Shown here: positions 48,191 through 60,299 of the stretch, piece after piece | Layout of the letters: each line of letters opens with the position of its first letter | How positions within the stretch are numbered: position 1 is the stretch's first letter | NCBI GenBank assembly: GCA_002104945.1 | Contig: MCFH01000004.1 | Location: 1,364,001-1,428,000, forward strand | Direction: 5' to 3' | DNA: 64,000 bases | DNA from: Piromyces finnis finn | Lineage: Eukaryota > Fungi > Neocallimastigomycota | Notes under the pieces: generated by a model | What the model was told of the DNA's origin: nothing | Seen by the model: only the letters and a program-made list of their open reading frames with translations | Databases searched by the model: none | Position numbers and translations under genes: made by a program

Positions 48191-49619
48191 GGAAAAAAAA
48201 AAAAAAAATTATCGTATGTTTTTTTGGATGGTGTGTGTTATTAATTTTATGATCTTCATTATTGATTATAGTTTATTATATATTAAAACATTGGAAACAA
48301 ATAATAATTTAACTATACCAAATAAAAAAAAAATTGTATATAATAATATTAATTGATAGTTTACACAATGATACTCATCATTAAACTACCATAATATTAA
48401 TGAAATGATCCAATAAATAACACATGAATTGTGATATAACAAAAAGTGTAAAATTATATATATATATTTATTTATTAGTAAAGAGAGTTTATTTGTATCA
48501 TCATTTTAATGAGAAATCTTTTTTGTATACATGTTATAATTCAATCTTTTCATCACCCCAAATATGCCTTTTTTTGAAATAGATCTAAATTACTTTTTTG
48601 TTGTAACACACTAGAGAGTTAGGGTTGTTAATATTATTGTATACGGTTATTTGATTATTATTTGTTTTGGTTGGTTGGTATGAATATACACTAATATGGT
48701 ATGATTAGTGGCAATGTTTATAGTATGCTTATTACTATTGATAGGACTATTACTACAGCTATTACACACTACATTATGGATATCATTATGAATGTCGTTT
48801 TGGATACCATTCATTTCTACTATGCATAAACCTTGATGTCATTATGAATACCATTCCATTATGACTACTATTCAATATTTTTTTGTTATTGTCATGATGG
48901 ATTGAATTTGGTCTTTCTTCATTTTTTGTTTTTTAAAAGTTTAATTTCATTTTTCAAAATATTTTAAAAAAAAATAAAGATGGTAGATATAATATATGGA
49001 TAGTATATTAATGTATTGATAGAGTTTATTGATAACATATATTAATGTATAATTTATCTATATGTTATAATATATGTATCAATATATTTTATTATTTATT
49101 TCAAATTAAATTTAAAAAATAAACTTTATCCCAAAATCTTAATCTATAAATTTTATCAATGTACTACAATTTAATTATTTATCTGTACATTTTTCTACGA
49201 AAAAAAAAAAGCAAGGAAATTAAAATTATTTGGCAATTAATATTTGACGATCATTTTCAAATTTGTTTCTAATTAAAAGGAAACAGAAACAAATAAATTG
49301 TATTAATTAAAAAGTTTATTTATTATAATTTTTAGCATTGTAATGATTTTTATCATTTTGGAACATTTTATGTTAATATAAAAAACTCCATATATAAAAC
49401 AGTACATAAATAAAAAAAAATGCTTGTCTGTGTGTTGTGCATTACCTTATATAAATGTTTATTATAATGAATTATTTTTATGTTTAGTGTTAAATACTAT
49501 TAAATGATACTATATGATGTTACATAGTATTTATTATTAAATAGTTATAAAATAGTATTATTTATTTATTTATTATTAAATAGTTATAAAGTATTATTAT
49601 TAAGTAGTTATAAAGTATT

Positions 49620-49650
<31 letters not shown>

Positions 49651-52600
49651 TTTATACTAATTGTCTCATTTATACCTATAACAATACTCATTTAGTAATA
49701 ATAGGATGTTAGTATTAAAAAAGAATTACATCATTTTTTAATAAAACTTTATTTTTCAAATTAAAATTTTCAATATCCACTCCATCCATCACAAAGTATA
49801 CTGTAATATATTATAAAGGATCACAAATTCAATGGTTCCTATATATAAACAGTAGTATGGATTTTTCCATTTCAACCTGGGTCCATCAATGATATAAAAA
49901 TGACATAATAGTAATTATGAATAATTTAATAAAATTTTATCTTTCATTTTATTAATAAATAAGGTTGGTTTAATACGAAAAAAAATAAAGTCCACCATCA
50001 TTTGTTTCAAAATAATAAAATAAATCGGAAATTAATTTATTATAATAATAGATAATATCAGATTATCCTTGAATATCATTGCATTAAACATTATTTTATT
50101 ATAATTTAAAGTTCATAGGTCATTTATTTTTAATGTGTAAAATTAAATTTAATTTAATTCCTATAGACTATTAATATAATGAAATATAATGAAAATTAGA
50201 CATCATCTTACATCACAAACTTTTTTTTATTATTATTATTATTAAAAAATAATACTCCATTATATATATTATATATTCTATGGTATCTAAAAAAGTCATG
50301 TCTTCAACCGGAAAGAGGTAACGGGAACTAGTGACAACAACTAGATTCTCTCTGAATTGCATACTCGAGTGGATAAAATTTTTTATTCAAAACTAAAAAA
50401 AAAATAAAGGAATGGCCATGATGAAAGAAAAAAAATTTAAAGTTTTTTTAAAAAAAATGAACAATACATTTAAAATATATCATCATGATACAATAGAAAT
50501 ATATTTTATATATATAGATAGCCATCGATAAACACCATAAAATTAAATATAATTAATAAAAATATTAATATTTCCAAAATTGTCATTACTCCTTTTTTTT
50601 TTTTTTGTAATTTATTTTATTTTACGAAATTATCTTTATCCTATATAATAATAATTAACTTTATTTTGAATGGAATAATACTAGATTTGGGTGACAGTAT
50701 ATATTTTAAGGTATTCTTTTACATAAAAAAATAATTTATATTTTCTAACTGTTCATTGGTAGAATGAAATAATTTTATATATGGAGCGAGTAAAAATGAA
50801 TAAAAAAAAAGTTTGAGATTTTTTAATGATGCTATTGATTTCAATTAAAAAATGATTATTATTTCATTAGATTGTAATATATAGGATTTAATAAATATTT
50901 TAATTGATTAATATATCTCAAATTGTAATGATTTCATCTATTACATATATAATTTATATATAATTTATATATAATTTTATATATAATATTATATATAATT
51001 CTATTGAGAAAACAATATATTTATTAAAAAAGAAATTAGTTTTTTTTTTATTTTCCTTGTGAACAAATAAAAAAAATTTGATCCAATAAATGGAAAATAA
51101 ATAAATTGAAATCGATGATGTCTTTGATACAATAAAAAATAATGTAATTCATAAATTTTGAAAAATGATCCATAATCATCCATAGTTTGTATACAATACA
51201 ACTATTGATACCTACATTTAAAATACATGATAAAAGTGGGGTAGTAAAGGTCAAAGTGTAGTTGGAAAAAAAAAAAAAGAAATTTCAATCCTATTTTTAT
51301 TTTTATTCCATAATAAAAGAAAGGGAGTAGATGAGTGAATGGGGGAAAAAATCAAAATAAATAAATAATAAACTCTGATTTCTTTTAAATAGCATTCCAT
51401 AGTTTATTTTTTTAAAAAAAAAATTCTTGATTTTCTTTTTTTCATATTAAATTTATATTAACTTATTATTATACTGGAAACTTTATTCCATGAATAATAA
51501 TTAATAATTCACCAAAAAAGATAGTTTAAAAGAACTGATTGACCAATGTTATAAAATAATTATAAAAGTAGAATCCTATTGTTTAAAAAAAACTTTGAAC
51601 TATTTTATTCCTTTAGTTATTCTTTTTTTTTTTTAATCAAGAATAATAATAGAAATTAATGGTTATTGCTTTTGCTTCCTTCCTGTATTCTTTTAAAAGG
51701 GAATAAAAATTTTTCTTTGAAAAAAATTTTTAATTTTTATAATAAATAAACTTTTTTTAAAAAAAAACTAATTTTGACAAAAAATTTTAGTCCAAAACTT
51801 TATTTATTATTATTTTTTAATTTTTATCTTTAGTGTAAAGATTATTCATAAATTAAAAAATAATTTTGTATCTTTGAAAAATTGTTTTTTTTTTTTCTTA
51901 GTATTGAATAAATAATAAGTATTACTTTTTAAAAAAAAAAAACATCGAAAGACTTTATAAAAAATTGGGTTAATAGACTAGGGAATGTATCAATGGCATC
52001 ACTTGCATAATGCAAACTAGGGACATTTTATTATAAAAAATGCTTTTTTTTTTTTTTTTTTTTTTTTTTTGATTGTTCAATTATAAAATTTTACTATCAA
52101 TATTCCATACATAAATGAAAATTATAACATTTTCATAAAAATTAAACTAATAATAAAGAACGAAAAAAAAAAATTAATTTAAAATAAACTATTCTTTATA
52201 CTGATATAGTTTATTTCCTATTTTCTACTTTTTTTGGAAAGTTATTATTGAAAATAATGGCTCTTACTACGGATTAGTAAGAACTATCTTTTTAGATATT
52301 AAATAAAATAGAGCTCTTCTCATAATTATTTATTTTTTTTTTACTATTCCTTACCTACACTACATACCACCACAACAACAACTGAAAAAATAAATTTAAA
52401 AAACTTTAATAATTATTAAAATTTAAATTTATATTGAATGGATTGAATATATATATTATTATATATTAATATATTATATTGTTTATAGTTGTTAATATAT
52501 TAAATTAATAATACTTTATGAAATGTCAACAATTGAAAGATAAAAAAAAACAGTTCAAAGTTTTTACCTTTTAATCATGTTTGAGTAAGAAAAAAAAAAA

Positions 52601-53032
52601 AAGGTTTAACTGTTCCTTTTTCAGGAATTATAAACTAGAAATATAATTCTATTCCTATGGACATAGACATACCTACGAAATACAGCACTCTAAAATTCCA
52701 GTCAAGTTTTTCTACATTTTTTCTACACTTGACAATTTAAATTATATTAAAATATTATTTTAATATATTATAAATTAAATGATTTTATTTTTTAAAAAAA
52801 TATATATGATTGAGTATTTGAAAAGTTTATAATAGAAATAAAAAAAAATAAAGTAATCATTATTCAGTATTACTAATAAATTTAAGTAAATATTACATTT
52901 TCCCATTTTTATTATTAATAAAGGTAAATTACTTGTTTTATTATTGGTACCTTTATTTTATTCGTTCTTTCCTTTTATTTGTTTCATTGCTTTTTTATAA
53001 AAATTTTTTATTTATAGCATCTAGAATCTTTC

Positions 53033-53063
<31 letters not shown>

Positions 53064-53279
53064 TGCCTATTTAATATGTACACTTTTCATTTTTATTGGC
53101 ACTTATCATAGCAATGAATCTAAAAAAGTACAATATAAAAATAGAAATTTATTTAATTTATTATGCTATCTTTGCATTTATCTTTCCTAAATTAAATTAT
53201 AATGTACAACAATCAAATAAAAATAGTATAAAAAAGGATATATGTCTATTGTTTCTATTATTAATTATAAAAAATATGA

Positions 53280-53530
53280 ATTATGAAATATTATAATTAA
53301 ATATTATTATTAAACATTATAATTAAACATTATAATTAAACATTATTATTAAATATTATTATGAAATATTATTATGAAATATTATAAATTATTATTATAA
53401 ATTATTATTATGAAATATTATTATGAAATATTATAAATTATTATTATGAAATATTATTATGAAATATTATTATGAAATATTATTATGAAATATTATTATG
53501 AAATATTATTATGAAATATTATAAATTATT
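53280..53530. repeat. 13-bp AT-rich minisatellite (tattattatgaaa and variants)
   Basis: Repeated attattatgaaat, attataattaaac and attataaattatt units. Confidence 0.85.
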
Positions 53531-56500
53531 AATTATTAAATATTATGTATTATTATTATTATATATTAATTTTTATTACTAGATATTAATTATTCTTATT
53601 AAATATTAATTATTAAATATTAATCATTATTAAATATTAATCTATTATTAATCATTTCATTGTTCTATTTATCTTTCTTAATATTTTTTACATTGTTCTT
53701 TTTCTTTAGGTCCATTCAATAATCGAAAGTGATTTATATTATTATTTTTATTTCTTTCTTTAATTTATTTTTAATTAAAAATTTAATTCATTCTATTAAT
53801 AATAATAAATTAATATCAATATCCATTTAAATATTGTCGATCCTTTTTTTTATTTTTCCTTGATTCATTTTAATGCTGAGTATAATTTGGGCTACATTCA
53901 GGAAGAATATAAAGAAAATATATAAAATAAAGTTTAATTTTAATATAAAAAATAACTTGTACATATCAAAAAATAATTAAACTTTAAATTAAATTTTAAA
54001 AGGAGAAGGATCAAATCATATTAAATAAAGTTTTAATTTCAATGACCATGACTAAAAATAGTAATGATTAAAAATTTAAAGGTTGTATTAAAATTTAATA
54101 CATTAAATGTAGGGTTGATCATTCAGAAAGGAATTATTAATCAATAAAGTTTTGAAAATTCAAATTTTAATTTATTAATAAATGATTAGCCTAATTTAAA
54201 TCAGAATTATTCATGATGAAATAAAAAAAAAAAAAGGTTGACAAAATTTGTTCATGATTTATTGTATTGCATTTATTGCATTTGAATTATTACATTCGTA
54301 TACATCCGTATATATTCTAAAGTATGATTTGAACAGGGAGTATTATTAGTACAGCATCATTAAAAAAATAAAGTATGGAGCCTTTATTGTAGCCTTATGG
54401 CATTAATACTAAATAGTATTAAAAGAAATATACAATAATTAATATTATTTTAGTCTATTTAATCCTAATTAATACTATTTAGTATTTAATATGGATGGAT
54501 CAAACTTTTTTTAAAAAAAAAAGGGACCTATGAAATAAAATACATCATATGAAGTCATTTTAAATTAATAAAATGAAAAAAAAAGTTTTTTTTTTTTAAA
54601 GTATTTAAACTTTATATACAATAATGAGTAAAAAAAAAAAAAAAAAAAAGAATGGACGGTAATTTTTATAAAGAATCAAATTACATTTTAATTATCTTTT
54701 TAACATTCCTAAAAAGAGTCAAACTTTTACCTTCCTACAAAAATAAAAATAAAAAAAAAAAAAACTTTGCTTTTTTTTTTTTTCATACACCTCAAGAAAT
54801 AATGATAAATAATAGTTTAAGTTAAAAAAAATAGTGGTTGACTTTTAAAAAAAGAATTTTTAAAATTTTAAATAGTATTATTCATTCTATTTATTATTCT
54901 AATTATTTTAATTTGTTTTTTAAAAAATGCCTTTTTTTTAAACCTAAAATTTTAAATAAAAAGTTTAAAAAAAAAAAAAAAAAAGTTATTAAACAGAAAC
55001 ATCAGTTTATGAAACAAAAAAAAAGAAACAATTCATTAAAAAAAAAAAAAAAAAAAAAAGAGAGAGAAAAAGTTTATTAAAACTAGTTTTGATTTACTTT
55101 TTTTTTATTTAATTTTTAGTCTGAAAAAAAAAAAAAGAAACTTTTTTTTTTTGGTATTGTTATTTTACTTATTTTTTATTTATTATTTATTTTATGCATA
55201 AAAAAAAGTAGTATTCATTTATTATTATTGATAATAGTATAGGATGAAGAATATTGTTTTTTTTTTTTTAAATTCTTTTAAAAATACTAAATAAATAACT
55301 TTTTTTTTTACAATCGTATTATTTCAGTTTGGATACCTTAACACCTTTATTTTCTGTATATAAATGATTTTAAGAATACTATTTATTTATTATATAGATT
55401 TTACTTTTTTTTAAAAAAAAAAAAAGTCAAAGTATTATCTTTTACTTTTAAACTTGACTTGAAAAAAAAATATTTTTTAAACTTTTTTTTTTTTCTCTAT
55501 TATTTGTTTTTTTTGTTTTTTGTTTTTGTTTCTATTTTTTAAAAAAAAAAAATTTTTTTCTTTAAACTTTAAATTTTTTTTTAATTATCTGAATTTAAAA
55601 CTTTTTAAAAAATAAAATTTATGTCTTTTTTTAAAAAAAAATAAAGTTTATTCAATAAAAAAAAAAAAAAAAAGACATTTAATTTGTTTTTCCAGAAAAA
55701 AAAAACGATGAATGTTTCATTCACACACTTTTAAAAAAAAGGACTTGTTGATAAATGTATTTGAGAGCTATTTTAAATTAAATATTTAAATAAAAAGAAT
55801 TCAATTAAAAAAAAAAAAAAGATTCTTTATAGTATATCTAATTTTTTTTTTTTTATATAAAAAATACACTATACCATATTATTCCATTTCATACTATTAA
55901 ATATACTTTTATTATTTCTATACTACATTTTTTTTTAATAAATATTTATATATATTTATTCTAATAAAGTGTAAAAGATAATAATAATATATATTAATAA
56001 AAAGCAAATACCTAATACATACTTTATTCCTAATAATTATTTTTTTTCTTTTTGAAAAATTAGCACATTAAAACTTTAATTTTTTATTAACCTAAAAAGT
56101 TGTTTTTTTTTAAAAAAAAAAATAAATAAATATAATTTTATTATAAAAAAAAAAAGTGAAGTTGCTTATCCATTTTTATTTCATTTTTATTTTTAAATTG
56201 TTATTTATTTGTATATATTACAATTTTGTTTTTTTATTTTTTGTTGTTATTGTTATTGTTTAAAAACTTTATAATCTTTTTTTTTTAAAAAAAAAATAAT
56301 AATAATAATAATGAAACCTATGTTTATTTATTACTAATAATAAATAAAATTTATATATATCAACTTTTATATAAAAAAAATTATATATAATGGCACTACT
56401 TTTTTTTTTTTTTTAACTCAACAAAAAGAAAAAGTTTATCAACTTTAATTATTTCATTCTTTATTCTTTATACTTATTATTAAAATAAGAATTCTTTCTA

Positions 56501-57347
56501 AATAAAGAAAATTAAAGAAAGAAAAATCATTAAATAAAATGAATAGGAATAAAAAAAAAATAAAGAAAAAATTTTAAATAAGCTTTTCATCTATTTAATT
56601 ATAAAGATTTCTTATTAAAAAAAAAACCTTTTTTTTTTTCTCATTCTTTATTAAACCTTAATTTTTACTATTATTATATTGCTTAAAAAAAAAATAAACT
56701 ACTTCTAGGATTTTAAGATTATCAAAACAAAGAATTACTTTAAAATTTTGTTTTAAAAAACAAAATTAAAAAAAAAAAAAAAACAATTATATATTTATAT
56801 CTTTTGTTGATAATAATTAAAATTATTGATCATATAGAGTTTAATAGTTGAAAAATTGAAATGTAAAAGAGTTAACTCTTTCGGACTACTTTAGACTAAT
56901 TTATTTATTATGTAGGAAAACTTTTTTTATCCCTTTTTATTGAAAGAAATGTAAATAGTATAATGATGAAAATTACCAATAAAGAAGAAAATAGCAAAGT
57001 TTAAAAAAAAAAAAAAAGAGGTTTTAATACTCATCATCTCTCCATTCAATTCTATTATTTTTGTGATTGTACTTGGTCATCTTTTATTGATATTCACTCG
57101 ATTATCTTTAGGAGGAAATCCCATATATATATATAAATGTTTTTTAAAAAATTATTAATTTATTATCCATATTATTTATTAACAACATCTATAGTGTCCC
57201 TCTTTGACTTTATACCATTTTATATTGATTTCTGTTTCTATTCCTTTCCTCTAGCTAGCTAGCTAGCCAACTAAAAAAAAAAACCCTATTTATAATTTCT
57301 ATTTATAATTTCATAGAAGGCTCTCTAAATTTTCAACAACTCTATAC

Positions 57348-57384
<37 letters not shown>

Positions 57385-58431
57385 TGTATAATTCAAGATA
57401 GCCTTTTTCTAATAATTTACCAATGAAATACACTAACATTAGGATAGATTATATTTACTTTTTTAAAGAATTAAAAATTTTTTAAAATAAATAATAAAAA
57501 AAATTGCTTAACTAAATCACTATTTTAATCATTATGAAATAAAATATAATTATGTAGAATATATATTTAAATAATGGATAAGTAAACTTTTAATATTCTA
57601 TATATGGATATATTCTTTGAATGAAATTGTGCTTTGGAAATCAATGATAAATTAATTTCTATACTTTTTTTGAGGTTTCTCTCCTCAACCATTTTTTTTT
57701 TTTTTAGTTTTTGTGAATGAACCGAGGTACGCAAAACACATACTGATAAAAAAGAAAATTCAAGATTAAATAAGACAAAAAATATTTAAAAAAAAAAAAA
57801 CATATTTTACAATATAGAATGAATATATAAATTTTCACATTCTTTTAACAACTATTATAATAAATAAATAAATAGAAAATAGGTATAGAAATATAATTCT
57901 TTTTTTTTAAAAAAAAATTAAAAAATTAAAAAATTAAAAAATGATCCCCACAAGAAAAGAAAAAAAAAAAATCAAATGAATTATTCCTGTTTTTTTTTTT
58001 TTTTTTTTTTTTTTTTGCAATAGACCCTTCTTCTTCTTTCCCTCAATATCAACCTTTATGATTTTAAAAGAGAAAAAAAAAATCATATATTGATGTTTAA
58101 AGATACCTTTAAAAGTCATTTTCTCTTTTTTTTACCCCTACATCAATAAATACTATTATTTTTATTCTTATTCCTACTATTTTACTATTCTTATGGTTAT
58201 TATTGTAATTTCTAATACCACTAATACAAACACCATAAAACTTTGGATTAGCAGTATCGAATATTTTGATTATATGCAGAATTTACAAAAAAAAAAAAAA
58301 GTATATCAAAAAAAAAAAATAAAAGGTGCATAATAATAAACTATAATAAAAATATTATTCTTTCTTTCCATTTTTAACACTTTACATTGACTTTTAAAAA
58401 AAGTTTTACTTAAATAAATAAAAAATTTTTA

Positions 58432-58463
<32 letters not shown>

Positions 58464-58927
58464 TATAAATGATTTGATTAATTAATAAAATCTAAAAAAA
58501 AAAAAATGTTTTGAATTTTATTTTTTGTTTCTGTTTTTTTTTTTTTTGGAATTTTTGTTTTTTGTTTTTTTGCTTTTTTTTTGTTTTTTTGGGATTTTCC
58601 TTTTATTTTTGCTTTAAAATATATTAAATGAGTGATATATTCTTTAATGTTTTTGGATAATTTTTTTTCAAATATTTTGATTTATAAACAAAAGATATAT
58701 ATTAATACAGATTGAGTGTGTGTGAATATGTAAGGTATAAACAAAATATTTGAATAAAAAAATATATATTGAAATATATTTTTCTAAATGTATATAATAA
58801 TGAAATTAATGATTTTTTTTTAATAAAAAAAATATGATATATAAATTGAGTTATCATTCATCTTTATTGGTAAACAAACAAATTTCTTGATATATATGTT
58901 AATGAATAAAAAATATTTCCATTTTTT

Positions 58928-60299
58928 CTAATTTCCCCTAATCTTAATGTTATATCCGTTACCGTTTCTTCTGTAGAAGAAACCTCTTGGTGGATCAATT
59001 AAATATACTGGAACTTCTTCAAGACCAGCTTCACGGTAAACCCATAATCTTTTATTGGCGGTAGTGTAATAATTACCGGTGGATTTATCAATACAAACCT
59101 TAATTGGTGGGAAATCTTCAATTTTAATTTCACCATTTCTTAATAATCTCATAGTTCTACGAATAGATCTACCATCTCTAAAGCAGTTATCAATACTTTC
59201 TTGTGAATATAAAATATCTTTTGGATCAAGATAAAGAATTCTATCTTCAGTAAGTTCAATTGGTTCACCATTTAAATAAACAGTAGAAGCAGTATCAGAA
59301 ACCAATGATTCATTATCATCTTCAATATCTAATGATTCAGTAAATGAATCTTCATGATGCCAATTGGAAGTACCATCTTCCCATAAAACAAAGTATGACC
59401 AGTCATTTGCTGGTGATAACCATAATTTCTTTGCACCATCATCACGTCTTTCTAATTCATGATCTAAAGTGGATGGTAAACCATACCAACCATATCTACC
59501 ATCAGTAAATTTAGCATACCATGATCCGTCACCAGAAAGAGCAACTTCTTCAAGATATATATCTTTTTCACTATAATATTTATAGAAACAAAAATAGACG
59601 ATTCTGTTAGTTTTATCTTTACTCTTTAAAATTTTTACATTTTCATTTATAAAAAATAACCCCGACACTATATTTTCTAATATTGATATTTATTTTTTTT
59701 TATAAAATACAATTCTCTTAATCTATTCTATTTAATATAAATTTTAAAAATGAAAAGGTACATACGCTTGACGTTCAATAATTTTTTTATGTAAAAGATA
59801 TGGAATACCATTCCATGCAGTTTCTTTGTTACTAAACATAATAAGGTAAGACTTATCTTGACCAAAAATAACCTTTAAAACACCACGGTGAGCCTTGTCT
59901 TGTAATAAAAGATCCATTTCATCACTGCAAACACTCCAACCAGTAGAGCCATCAGCAAAACGAACGAACCAATCGTCATTTGGTGATAAACTTAAAAATA
60001 CAACTTCAGGTAAAGATCTTTTTTTTAAAATATATATATATATACAAAATATATAAAATTAATAAAAACTGATAAACAATTTAAATAATTTATTGTTATT
60101 ATTATTATTTTAATATATTGTATTTATATATCCTTTGTTTATCGATTTTAATCTTTAGAAATATTTACTTTTGTCTACCGTTTAATTTGTTATGTAAAGA
60201 ATGTGGTAAATTGTTCCATGATTGCCTACCATCACCCCACTTAATATACCAAGCGTTATCACTACCAAAAGCAATAAATTCAACTTCACTTACAGTCAT
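58928..60299 (-). CDS. uncharacterised 341-aa protein: five Trp-rich repeats plus acidic linker plus C-terminal ParB/sulfiredoxin-like domain
   Basis: Exons 60299-60169, 60017-59766 and 59570-58928 join in frame with GT-AG introns (1026 nt). C-terminal LDPKDILYSQESIDNCFRDGRSI..LRNGEI..FPPIKV..YYTTANKRLWVYREAG. Domain call is from motif recognition. Confidence 0.85.

Noticed and set aside
50281-50292. TGGTATC resembling an LTR-retrotransposon tRNA-Met primer-binding site
   Set aside because: Only 7 nt match TGGTATCAGAGC; no LTR pair or gag/pol remnants seen.
57248-57268. (CTAG)4 run as a possible Helitron 3' end
   Set aside because: No GC-rich hairpin just upstream; best read as a short tetranucleotide repeat.
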